Shown in pieces: positions 38,991-62,760 of a stretch of 64,000 nucleotides of DNA. The first letter of the stretch is position 1, and each line of letters starts with the position of its first letter. Below the pieces are notes generated by a model. That model searched no databases and had not been told where the DNA came from. It worked only from the letters and a program-made list of their open reading frames with translations. The translations under genes were made by a program, and so were the position numbers. Location of the stretch: NCBI RefSeq assembly GCF_009914755.1, contig NC_060925.1; one strand, written 5' to 3'. The stretch is from the human T2T-CHM13v2.0 reference genome, Homo sapiens.

Positions 38991-39172
38991 TGATCTCAAA
39001 CTCCCGACCTCAAGTGATCCACCCGCCTCAGCCTCCCAAAGTGCTGGGATTACAGGTGTGAGCCACCACGACTGGCTGCATTTATTTTCTTCCTATGTCT
39101 TTCAAGCTGCTTACAAAAAAGTCTTTTGGATGAACCTTTTGTTGTTGTTTAGATTTTTTTCTTCCTTTATAG

Positions 39173-39512
39173 ATTCTTTCAAATGAAGAAAAGAGATCAA
39201 ATTATGATCAATATGGAGACGCTGGAGAGAACCAGGGCTACCAGAAGCAGCAACAGCAGCGAGAGTATCGCTTCCGCCATTTCCATGAAAATTTTTATTT
39301 TGATGAATCCTTTTTTCACTTCCCTTTTAATTCTGAACGGCGGGACTCAATTGACGAAAAGTATTTATTGCACTTTTCACATTATGTGAATGAAGTGGTT
39401 CCAGATAGCTTCAAGAAACCCTACCTCATCAAGATCACCTCCGATTGGTGCTTTAGCTGCATTCATATCGAGCCTGTGTGGAAAGAAGTCATTCAAGAAC
39501 TGGAAGAATTGG
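39173..39512 (+). CDS. DNAJC16: DNAJC16 exon 4 (J-domain end, thioredoxin-like domain with WCFSC)
   Basis: [15 protein letters not shown]...[25 protein letters not shown]; TAG acceptor; donor G|GTAAGA; 340 nt open in frame. Confidence 0.97.
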
Positions 39513-39549
39513 GTAAGATAATTTTATTCACTGAAAGATATTTATATAG

Positions 39550-39879
<330 letters not shown>

Positions 39880-40812
39880 TAAACCCTTTTTGAAAATCTT
39901 TCTTAAATGTATTAGTCTGCTTTCTTCAACTCTGTGACTCCGAAGCACCAATTTTTTACTTATTGTGAGCTGAGCCTTGAAGGGGGTTGGAAGTCAGCTA
40001 AGGAATCTTCAGTCACACACTGGTAAAAACTAGTGTGTAAAAGCATCCAGTGTTTAAAGAGAAGTGTGCTGTGGAAGAGGGCCCAGAACTAGCACCATCC
40101 CTGACCTTGAGTTCACCATTTGGTTGAAGAGAAAATATATACACAGAGAATTAACACTGACCTCACATTTGCAAGCACAGAATAATGTTTTACTGAAGGA
40201 GTAGACAAAGATGACAAGAAATTCCTTCTGTATTTTCTAACTCCTTGCCCATGAAACAGATACCTTCGTTTGAAACTTTTTTCTCAGTCAACTTTCATGT
40301 TCCAATTACTGTATTAGACACTAAAGGATATATAATAATAATAATTTTTATTGAACATTTCAGTTCCCTTGCATTGTGGTAAATGCTTTCTGTGCATTAT
40401 TTTTGTCCCCAGAGCAACTCAATGAAGGAGAGACTATTATTATCTCTATTTTACAGGTGAGGGAACTAAGGCATTGAAGGTTAAGGAACTAATTCATTAT
40501 TACACTACCCATAAGCATCAGTATTGGGTTGGACCCAGGAGTCTGACCGTCTTAAACACTGCGCGCGTACTGCTTCAGAAATAAGTAAATCATGGTCCTT
40601 GTGCCCAGGAAACTCACATAAGAAACATACCTCAATCATCTCAGCACATTTAGTGCTTGCTGGAAGGTGCAGGCAGAGCTACCAGCGTGGCCCAGAAGTT
40701 GAGCATCTTGAAATCAAATATCATTTTAGGGAAACTCAATTTGGATGATCAGGCAGTGATTACCTGGGTTTGGCAATTTATTCACCATGACTTCCTGTTT
40801 AAAAAGAGAGAC

Positions 40813-43080
<2,268 letters not shown>

Positions 43081-44478
43081 TTATTCTATTTCTCCAACCA
43101 CAGCCTCCCACGTAGCTAGGACTAGAGGCACACACGGGCATGCCCAGCTAACTTTTTTTTAGACTCATCACGTTAATCGTCACAGATCCCAGAGCCAGAC
43201 TTCCTGGGTTCAGATCCCATCACCGTCACTTGCCAACTCTGTCACCCTGGGACTTCACCTCTCCATGTCTCAGTTTTCTTATAGGTAAAATAGAGATGGT
43301 GAAGATTGGTCTTAAACTCCAGGAGATACGAAAGAGATGGTGAAGGCTGGTCTTAAACTCCTGGTCACAAGCGATCCTCCCGCCTCAGCCTCCCAAAGCA
43401 CTGGTATTACAGGCATGAATCACCGTGCCCAGCCAACTTTTCAGTTTCTAATTCAGGTTTCTGTGTGCGCTCGGTCTGGTATAACGTATACTGAATGGCA
43501 CAGTTACTAGAAAGGCATATTTCCCAGGATCAGTTCATAAATTGGCATTCAATCTATATAGCAATCCCTGGTAAGGTCATTTAGGGTGAGTCAGTCACTG
43601 AGAAATTGATCCCTCTAATGTTCAGAACCTGGGGCAGAACTGGTCATTGGAGGCAGTAAGAAGTCCAGGCTTTGTGGTCAGCTAGAACTAGATTCAGATC
43701 CTGGTTCCACTGCACACAAACCATGATGCCTCACCCTCCCCCAGCTTCAGTTTCCTTAGCCATAAAGATAGCAATACTTACCTTGCAGAATGATTGTGAG
43801 TATGAAAAGTATAATGTATATAAAGCTCTAGGTGTGCTAAAGAAGGCACTCAAGAAGTGATAATCCCTCCCTTGGGCCTTTGTCTTGTAGCCAGTTGACC
43901 TCCCTAGGTGATGTCTCTTCTGTCTTTACGAATGACCAAATCTCCCAATGTATGTGCCTGCTTTATTCTTTTTCTTTCTTCTGCTCATATAATTCTCTGT
44001 ATGCTTCCATTTATTGACATTGTTCCATAGTTATTTTTAATGACTGCAGTGTGATATAGTATACTGTACTTGGCTCTAGAGAAGAGCCAAGAATCCAATT
44101 TGGATTCTTGTTCTGCAATTCTGTCAGCTCTGCAACCTGGAAAAAGTCACTTTACCTCTCTGAACCTCTCTCTGTATCTGTAAAATGAGGGAAGCGGACT
44201 ATACAATTCCTAAGGCTCCTCCTTTCCTGCCCTTGAGAGACTGCAACAGTCAAAGTCAGGTAGCCTACAGAGAGCTTGGTTTAGTCTGCTCAGCAGTTTT
44301 AAAACATTAAGTTTGGGATCCCTGCCATTTACTCAGCAATTTCATTTTAGGAATTTACTAATTAGAAAATAAGCGCACAAGAGCACAAAGATGTATGCAC
44401 AAAGATGTATGTACAAAGATGTACAAGGATGCCCGTCAGCATTCCTTATAATGTTAAGAATTAGGCTAAAAGCAACTT

Positions 44479-45702
44479 TAATATTGTGCTTTATAATAAG
44501 AAATATATGTATATTTTGGTGTTTGTTCCCAGTTCCTGGCACAGATCTCCTAACACCCTTGAGATTGCCTGATCAATAGGGGTGCTAAGATAATCTTTTG
44601 CTCTCGTATTTGATCTTTGACTCTGATTCCTGAGATGGAGCACCTAATCCTTGGAATTTCCTGCAGGATGGGAGCATCTTTTGTTCTATTGAGGCGACTC
44701 TTAGTGGGCCCCTGTGTGGGAGCTGGTCACCAGAAAAAACAAACCATGATTAGAAGTTTGAAAGTTTCACCCTCATCCTCCAGAAAGAGGAGAGGGGCTG
44801 GAGATTGAGTTAATAATTGATCACGCCTGTATGATGAAGCCTTCATAAAAATCCCTGAACTCTGGCTCGGTTTCCTGGGGGGTGGGCTCAGTCTACACCA
44901 CCTCCCCTCAGCCAAGCCTACAGTAGAGGGCCCAGGCATCCTCCCGTATGGGAGAGGCGTTTGAGTAAGGAGCCTCACCTGGGGTGTCCTAGCCTCACAT
45001 TTACTGGCAAAAAAAATGAACATATATATATATTTAATCCCTGAACTACTGGGTTTGAGAGTTCCCAGGTGGCTGAACACATGGAGGTGCCTGGAGGGTG
45101 GTGAGCCCTGGGAGGGCAGGATGCTCCCACCCTTCCATATACCTTACCATGTACCTCTCTTCCTTCTGGCTGATCATCTGTCTCCTTTGTAATATCCCTT
45201 ATACCTAATGAGTAACCATAAGGAATGTTCCCCTGAGTTCTGTGAGCAGCTCGAGCAAGTTAGTTGAACCCAAGGAGGGTCATGGGACCCTTTGATTTAT
45301 AGCCAGTTGGTTGGAAGTACAGGACACAACCTGGGACTTCTGGCGTCTGAAGTGGGAGCAGTCTTACGGGACTGAACCCTTCACCTGCAGGACCTGATGC
45401 TTCCTCTGGGTAGATAGTGTCAGAACTGAGTTGATACCCAATTGGTGTCTGCTGGAGGATTTATGGGGAACCCCCACCCCCACAGCGTGTGGTGTCAGAA
45501 GGGAAGCATTGAGTTGGGCATAGTGGCACGTGCCTGGAATCCCAGCTACTCAGGTGGCTGAGGCAGGAAGATCGCTTGAGCCCAGGAGTTTGAGACCAGC
45601 CTGGGCAACATAGTGAGACCCCATCTCTTACACAATGAGTGTCAGGGAAAGCATTGTGTTGAGTGTGAGTAGGAAAAACAGGTTGGTTTTTCCTCTCTCA
45701 CA
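44479..45702. mobile_element. MER21-family LTR hosting the scaRNA retrocopy and an Alu monomer (about 45511-45630)
   Basis: ataataagaaatatat...ttcctggcacaga...gaggcgactctt motifs; interrupts an old L1 3' fragment. Confidence 0.7.
44862..45002 (+). ncRNA. SCARNA21B: Retroposed box H/ACA scaRNA, SCARNA21 (ACA68) family copy
   Basis: Two hairpins; H box ACAGTA (44920-44925); terminal ACAttt (44997-45002); then A8 tail; 12-bp TSD AATCCCTGAACT at 44850-44861 and 45036-45047; resembles SCARNA21 as recalled. Confidence 0.85.
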
Positions 45703-45759
45703 ACTTCAGTGTGCAACAATAAATGAATTAAATAGATTGATGGCCCAGTTTCAGTGAGC

Positions 45760-46690
45760 TCCTACTATGTGCCAGGCTCTGGTCTGGTGTTGGGGATACA
45801 TCAGTGGACTACAAAGGGATCCCTATCTTCATGAGGCTTACATTCTAGAAGGGGAGACAGACAATAAACAATTGACAGAAGGAAAGTGGGTGGTACCTTA
45901 GAAGATGGTAAACGCTGTGGAAAAAGTTAAAGTGAGCAGGTTGTGTGTGGACCCTGAGTGTGGGGAGTACTGTTTTAAATATGGTGCCAAGGTAGGCCGC
46001 ATTCAGGACTTGAAGTTGGTAAAGAAGTCAGCTACGCAGAAGTCACGGAGATGCACACTTCAGGCTGAAGGAACAGCCAAGGCCCTGAGGCAGGAGCATC
46101 CACTGTCTTCATAGCACAGCAAGGACGCTGGGGACTGGCGCAGGCTGTTGGAGGAGTGGAAGAAGAGGGCATGGGGAACCAGGGGCCAAACACAAAGGGT
46201 CTTGTTGGCCTCTGTGAGGATTGTGCATTTTATTCCAGCTGAAATGGGTCTTTGCAGGGTTTGGGCAGAGGAGTGATGTGATCCATTTTTATGTTTTAGG
46301 AGGAGCAGCCTGGCTGCTATGTTAAGAACAGACTGTCAGGAGACAGGGAGAAATAGGGGGAGAGCATTTAGGATATTATTGCAGCAACATAGGCAGGAGA
46401 GATAATGATGACTCAGAGCAGGGCATATAATGAAAGTGATGAAAAACAGTTGAATTCCAGACATTTTCTAAAGAGAAAACCAACAAGACTTGCCGACAGA
46501 TTGGATGTGGGGTGCAACAGATAAGAGAAGCCAAAGATGACGCTTACAGTTTTTGCCCTGAGTAACTGGAAGGATGGAGCTGTCATCAACTGAAATGGCA
46601 AAGACGTGGGTAGGACAGGTCTGTGGGAGGAGATTAGGGGTTCGTTTTTGGAAATGTTAAGCTTGAGAAGTCTAGTAGACATCCAAAAGA
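45760..46690 (-). mobile_element. L2 LINE fragment
   Basis: gagctcctactatgtgccaggc...cttacattctag...ggatggagctgtcatcaactga. Confidence 0.7.
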
Positions 46691-46846
46691 AAATGTACAT
46701 TTATCGGCCTTTAATATTGAATGTGTCTCCAGTGTTAGCAGAGTAACTGGCCCTCCAAATATATGGTTGGATGAAAGAACAAGAAAAGTTGTTCAAGTAT
46801 TAAGTGAAATAAGTATGAGATGACCCCATTTTGTTTTATGTATATG

Positions 46847-46850
<4 letters not shown>

Positions 46851-46884
<34 letters not shown>
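46851..46884. repeat. (CA)17 microsatellite
   Basis: Perfect CA run. Confidence 0.95.
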
Positions 46885-46885
<1 letters not shown>

Positions 46886-47096
46886 TTGTAACTCTTCTTA
46901 CATATTGCCAGATTGCTCTACAGAAAAACTGAACCAATCTAGAATTCCAGCAGTGAAAGAATGCTAGACAGTCTATTAGGAAAGACATCTCCTATGAGGT
47001 CGGGATTTCAATTTCACACCAAAAAATTACTTAGCACTTTTTCCAGCTGCCATGGAGACATAAAAAGGCTTCATTTGGATCTTCCATTCTTTTCAG

Positions 47097-47281
47097 GTGT
47101 AGGAATTGGCGTGGTCCATGCTGGGTATGAGAGACGCCTGGCCCATCACCTAGGGGCACACAGCACGCCCTCTATCCTAGGAATCATTAACGGGAAAATC
47201 TCCTTCTTCCACAATGCAGTTGTCCGTGAAAATCTGCGACAATTTGTAGAAAGTCTTCTTCCAGGGAACTTGGTGGAGAAA
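47097..47281 (+). CDS. DNAJC16: DNAJC16 exon 5
   Basis: (G)VGIGVVHAGYERRLAHHLGAHSTPSILGIINGKISFFHNAVVRENLRQFVESLLPGNLVEK; TTTCAG acceptor; donor AAA|GTAAGT; 185 nt. Confidence 0.97.
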
Positions 47282-49049
47282 GTAAGTATCTGTCAAGGAA
47301 ACTATGGCTGAGAAGTAGTTTAAGAGGTACCTAGGACTGTTAATTGCCCAGAACATTTTCTGTAGTCCTCTCAAACCTGAGTTTCATTGTGAGGAAGGCA
47401 TGACACTTATTAATTAATTAATTACTCAAACTAAATCGTTTAAGTGAAGTCTGTAGGAGACTAATAATTGAAACAGATGAAGTACAGAGACTGAAAGAAT
47501 TAATTCCTATTAATACCCATCTTGCAGAACTTACACTGTCATAGGAATCTGAGCCTAAAATGACAGTGCCTATTTTCTAAACAAAAAAATTAAATCACAT
47601 GTTAGAAAGAATTAGGGATTTCTTTCTGGCTCATAAATTTGTTCATGTGAAGATATTTGTCTTTATGCAAATTTAATTATATTTGGTTATATGTTTAACG
47701 ATCATATCTATGGAAAATGCCAGATTCCATGAAATCAAATATTATTTTTGAAACTTCAGAAACTTACAGTGACAATAATATGAATGAATTTCACAAAGAA
47801 AAGGTTGAAATAGAGAAGCCAGATAAAGTTCACATTGGTCTATTATTTCCATATTTAAGCACCTAATATGTTTTTTTCAATATCTTAATTTAGGGATCAA
47901 AGTAACTAGGAACGGACTCTCATTTTGCTTTAAATAATTCATTCTCTTAAGAATACAGGGAAAGTGAACATAAAAAATTTTCATCGTATTTCTACATGTG
48001 CTATTCCTAGACTGTCCTACTGGGATCATTATCTATAGGAGAAATATTTGTTGGAATTAACTTAAAAGTTTGTCAGAGAATATTGGAGGCTTCTAAAATG
48101 GTGATAGATTGTCCTGATAGATCCTCAAACATTTACATAAAATATCTCTTCTGTGCCCGGCATAGATTAACATAGCCGTTTCAAGCAGCTCCCAAGCGGG
48201 TGGTTATTTCCAGTATGTTGGAGCCCATCGTAATGAGTTGGGAAAGGCTTCCTGGCAGAAGTGACCCTTGGACCAGGTTGGGTTGCAGGCAGGCAGAAAT
48301 CTGGAGACATGAAATAGCCCGCTTTGTAAGAAGTTTTCACTGGTGAGCAGCAGAGGAGGGGGATGGAGAGGTTATTAGGAATCTCCCTGTGAGGGCCTCA
48401 GAGCACCTTCACGCTCCTTTAAGGAACTTGGGCCTTGGCCCACATGGAGCCGTTGTAGGGGTTTGAGCAGAAGAGTGAAATGATCAAATTTGAGTTTTAT
48501 ATAAATCATTCTAGATGCAGTATGGAAAGATAAACTTTTTTTAACGACTAAGAAAAATTTCTAGCTAGATAATTTATTCATGTTTTTAATTTCTCTCAGG
48601 AATATTTTAAGATATCAGTGGAGGAAAGTAACAATTCAGATAACAATAAATGAAATTATATAATGTATAGAGGGGGTGGACCAGCTTATTTTTATTTACG
48701 CCGTTTAAAAAGAGCAAGCTGGCCTGGAGTGGTGGCTCATACCTGTAATCCCAGCACTTTAGGAGGCTGAGGTGTGAGCATCGCTTGAGTCCATAAGTTC
48801 AAGACCAGCCTGGGCAACATACTGAGACCCAATCTCTACAAAAAATGCAAACATTAGCCAGGCATGGTGCCATGTACCTGTAGCTCCAGCTATTCAGGAG
48901 GCTGAGGTGGGAGGATCACTTGATCCTGGGAGGTTTGGGAGGTTGAGGGTGCAATGAGCCATGATCATGCCACTGCACTCTAGCCTGGGCAACAAAGCAA
49001 GACCCTGTCTCAGAAAAAAGGGTGAGGGGCAAGCTGGGAGACTGAGGTG

Positions 49050-49119
49050 TGATAGATAGATGGGAGACTGAGGCATGATAGATAGATGATAGATAGATAG
49101 ATAGGTAGATAGATAGATA
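49050..49119. repeat. Interrupted (GATA)n tetranucleotide repeat
   Basis: gatagatagat runs, with a short tandem duplication gggagactgagg. Confidence 0.9.
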
Positions 49120-49464
49120 TTGAAAGGGGCAGTTGTGTGTTATTTTCTGCTGGCTAGTATATTAAGAAGTATACTCTGTAATTAAGCAAGAACCAACTCT
49201 GGAAGCTCAGTTTTTATAATATGGTCAGTAATTGTTTCAGACAGGATTATGATTTCAGTCTGTAAGAGTTCAATGAAAATATGAAATCAATATCACCATT
49301 CTTTTAATAGCTTTAGCCAAATGAAGACAAAAAGATTAGTTATCTGCATTTTTATTTTTTGCAATCTTTTACACTTACTTGATTTGTTTATTTTCTCCTG
49401 ACTGGAGTATAATACAATTGTTAAGAATTAAATATTGAGACTAACATTCTATTTTCAATTTAAG

Positions 49465-49569
49465 GTTACAAATAAAAATTACGTCAGATTCCTCTCTGGC
49501 TGGCAGCAAGAGAATAAGCCTCATGTCCTTCTGTTTGACCAAACGCCCATTGTGCCACTGTTATACAAG
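49465..49569 (+). CDS. DNAJC16: DNAJC16 exon 6
   Basis: VTNKNYVRFLSGWQQENKPHVLLFDQTPIVPLLYK; AAG acceptor; donor AAG|GTACTT; 105 nt, phase 0-0. Confidence 0.95.
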
Positions 49570-49598
49570 GTACTTTCTATGCTAGGATAATGGTTTCT

Positions 49599-49630
<32 letters not shown>

Positions 49631-49756
49631 TTAGCAGAAAGTAATCTCTGAGTTGGAACTTATAGCCTATTTGTCTTTTTTGTAAGAAACAGTTTCATCC
49701 ATGAGAAATGTTTGAAGACCAGAAATTTTACATAACCATCATACATTGAGTACTGA

Positions 49757-50124
<368 letters not shown>

Positions 50125-50137
50125 TGAGCCACTGTGA

Positions 50138-50455
<318 letters not shown>

Positions 50456-50967
50456 TAGAGCAAGATACTGAGGCTTAGAGCAGTCATATAACCCACCCAA
50501 GTTCTCACTACAGCATGGTGAGCGCGATTCCCACTGACTTCAGACCTGCCCTGTGAATGATTCCCCCACTACACTCCCAGCCTACCTACACTCCCCACTA
50601 CCTCTCATGTCACTGTGACATGAGACGGAGAGGAAGGTGTTATCAGTGGCATGGTCACTGCCATCTTACCTAATTACGGTACAGGTAATCCCCAAACTCA
50701 TGCCTCCTGACCAGTACAGATTTCAAGAAGATCGTTATTTTGCTTTAGCTATGAAAAAGAAGAGAGTTGTTTGTATTTACTTTGTTGGTACAGTTTTTGC
50801 ACATGGAACACCATAGAATGGAAGTATACAAGGATACGGAAGACCTAGTGGAGCTGTGTAAGCTGGCATGTACCTCTCTGCTCAGTGATGTGAAAAAGCC
50901 CTACTTGATTTGTCATTTACATCTTTGCTGTAGTTTTATTTTCTTCCTCTCTATTATGCCCTAACAG

Positions 50968-51126
50968 TTGACTGCCTTTGCATACAAAGATTATTTATCA
51001 TTTGGATATGTATATGTGGGTTTGAGAGGGACGGAAGAGATGACAAGGCGGTACAACATCAATATCTACGCCCCTACCCTCTTGGTCTTTAAAGAACATA
51101 TAAACAGGCCTGCCGATGTTATCCAG
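50968..51126 (+). CDS. DNAJC16: DNAJC16 exon 7
   Basis: LTAFAYKDYLSFGYVYVGLRGTEEMTRRYNINIYAPTLLVFKEHINRPADVIQ; CAG acceptor; donor CAG|GTACGT; 159 nt. Confidence 0.96.
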
Positions 51127-52117
51127 GTACGTGAGGGTCACCTTGGTTAAGATTTTCTTCACATTTTATCCCAAGATTTTATGTAAATAAACAGCAAAAT
51201 TGAACAAAGTGGCTGAAGGAAAGGATCTTCCTTCAGATGCACAAAATTTTTTAATGAATTTTTTTATCTAACTTGGTACCGTTTGCTTTAAAATTTTTAA
51301 TTTAAAACGTTTAAAAATTTTAGCACCTTTAAAGGGCTCCTGTTGGAAAACCAACAATCTTTTTCCAAAATGAATTTAAAAGTTAAATGTAAAACAGTAA
51401 TAAAAAGGAATAAGAAGAAGCCACAAACTAACTGAGAGAATGTACAGATGAATATTTATCTGATCTTAAGGTAGGAAAGGGTTAAAAAGCATTGGGGAAA
51501 AATCTTGGAAAATCTTGATAACTTGACTCTAAATTTTATGTTTTTATGTAAATACTTTAAAATGTAAAGTTAAAAAACTGGGGGAATATTTATAACAAAT
51601 ATTAAAATGTTGATATTTTTAATTTCTAAAGAGCTTTTAATCAAGAAAATCATAAAATTCTGAGAAGACTAATAACCATTTTTAAAAATTAAATCTCACA
51701 AGTAATCAGAGAACATTAACCTTTTTTCACCCATCCAACTGTCAAAGATTTTCTAAGTTAAAATAGTACTGTTGAGGGTATAGAGAAACAAGTACTATCT
51801 TGCTAGAGGCAGTCCACTCTAATGGCAGCTCAGGTGTCCTGTGAACACAGAAGGGTACCTGAAACCATGGAAACCAGATGGGAAAGTGGACCGTAAAGAA
51901 AGAAGAGCAGGTTTAGAAAGATAAGAACTTTGGCTGTGGACATACTGAATTAGAGCTGCCTGTAGGAAATAGAAGGGGAGAAGTCCTTTCTACAGTTGGG
52001 TATAGGAATCGAGATCTTAAGAAAAGCATACAGGCTGGGGATAGAAACTGGTGTATCATCAGTAAATGGTTAGTGGTTGAAGTCCTGAGTAGGGTAAGAT
52101 CTTCCCGGCATAATACC

Positions 52118-52771
52118 GTAGTCTCCCCTGATCCACCCCACTTACCCCTTTTTCAGTTTCTGAGGTTTCAGTTACCCACAGTCAACCAGGTCCAAAACAT
52201 AGGTGACTACAGTGCAAGAAGATATTTTGAAGCCGGGCGTGGTGGCTCACGCCTGTAATCCCAGCACTTTGGGAGGCCGAGGCGGGCAGATCACGAGGTC
52301 AGGAGATTGAGACCATCCTGGCCAACGTGGTGAAACCCCGTCTCTACTAAAAATACAAAAAATTAGCCGGGCGTGGTGGTGGGCCCCTGTAGTCCCAGCT
52401 ACTCGGGAGGCTGGGGCAGGAGAATGGCGTGAACCCAGGAGGCGGAGCTTGCAGTGAGCTGAGATCACGCCGCCCACTGCACTCCAGCCTGGGCGACAGA
52501 GCAAGACTCCGTCTCAAAAAAAAAAAAAAAAAAAAAGATGTTTTGAGCGAGGGGGACCATGTTCACATCACTTTATTACAGTATATTGTTAGAATTGTTC
52601 TATTTAAATATTGTTGTTGTTAATCTCTTGCTGTGCCTAATTGATAAACTTTATCATAGGTATGTGTATAGGAAAAAAACATAGTTTGTATAGAGTTCAG
52701 TACTATGTGGTTTCAGGCACCTACTGGGGGTCTTGGAACGTATCCTCTGCAGTTAGGGGATGACTGCTGTA
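52118..52771. mobile_element. Tigger4-like DNA transposon with an AluY-like insertion (52231-52537)
   Basis: tttcagttacccacagtcaacc...gggggtcttggaacgtatc; Alu flanked by duplicated aagat(a/g)ttttga. Confidence 0.7.
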
Positions 52772-53304
52772 TGTAAAGTAAGGCCAAGGAGGCCAAGGAC
52801 AAAACTCAGAACAGCCACCGGCACACAAGACAAGGGGGTGCCTGATGGAGACGAGAAGGTGCTGCAAGTCAGGAAGAAAACAAATACCAGTGTCCGAATA
52901 GAAAAGAGAAGATAATCTCAATCCAGGGTAAATGGATGAGGATTTCCTAAATTGGTCTTTCGGAACAGTTTATAGTTCTGAGAATTATATTTATTTATCC
53001 CACTGGGGAAAATTGTAAATCAAATACATTTACAAAATTATTGGTAGAATGGCTGCTTTACCAGCTTGCTCTTTGTGGATATCAAGTGTATGCTTAACAA
53101 ACTCAGTTTTCACAACAGCAGGTGGCTTAATGATCACTAGTAGCACCAGTGGTTTCCTGTTGCTCTAGGTAATTTGTTGTCATTGCTATATGGTATTTAT
53201 GGCCATTATAATTTATTGAATCATTCTTCCGTTGGTGGACATTGGGGGCTTTGAGGAATAGTGTTGCAATGAATATCATAACCTAAGTACAGAGTTCTCT
53301 AGGA

Positions 53305-55310
<2,006 letters not shown>

Positions 55311-55363
55311 ACAGATTTCTTCTTTTTTTTATTTTAATTTTTTTGTTTTTAATTTTTTTTTAA

Positions 55364-61560
<6,197 letters not shown>

Positions 61561-61600
61561 AATCCTGAATGGAAATAATTTTGCCTAAAATTCAAAATGA

Positions 61601-61873
<273 letters not shown>

Positions 61874-62224
61874 TGATCTACCCACCTCAGCCTCCCAAAG
61901 TTCTAGGATTTCAGATGTGAGCCACCACGTCCGGCCATGACTGACTTTTTTAATTTGTCAGCATAAAACAGTGAATAAAAATTCTCCAGTGGAAAGTGTA
62001 CTTGATTTTCCCTTTGACCCGAAATAGCTGCATCATTGCTTTCAGCCCTGCATTGCTGAAATAGATCACCACATGTTTATTCGCTCAAACAGGTCTGTCT
62101 TGTTTGGTTATATTACTTTAGCCAAGGTCAGCTACGTTTTTATTAAGCTGGTAAGTAAAGAAAGCCCATCTATTTGCATTGAGAACACTGCATAAAATCT
62201 AGCTGATTCTTGGTTTTTCTCTAG

Positions 62225-62355
62225 GCCCGAGGTATGAAGAAGCAAATCATTGACGACTTCATCACCCGAAACAAATATCTATTGGCAGCCAGGCTCACCA
62301 GCCAGAAGTTGTTCCATGAACTCTGCCCTGTGAAACGGTCGCATCGACAGAGGAA
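62225..62355 (+). CDS. DNAJC16: DNAJC16 exon 8
   Basis: ARGMKKQIIDDFITRNKYLLAARLTSQKLFHELCPVKRSHRQR(K); TAG acceptor; donor AA|GTAAGG; 131 nt; gene continues beyond the window. Confidence 0.95.
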
Positions 62356-62470
62356 GTAAGGACTTAAGGCTTTGCCTCTGCTTGTTATTACAATAGAAGG
62401 ATCATGATTCATTTTACTATAGGGTGACTAGACATCTGCCCTGTAACATTGAGAACTTATTCTTCATTTA

Positions 62471-62760
<290 letters not shown>

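Noticed and set aside
39147-39172. Alternative AG 20 nt upstream of the DNAJC16 exon 4 acceptor
   Set aside because: Use would shift frame, and nothing in the sequence shows it is used
44376-44430. Short tandem repeat cacaaagatgtatg
   Set aside because: Ordinary slippage inside an L1 remnant
46961-47096. In-frame upstream extension of DNAJC16 exon 5, and GCCATGG at 47049-47055
   Set aside because: A strong acceptor at 47096 explains the exon; the Kozak-like ATG stops after three codons (ATG GAG ACA TAA)
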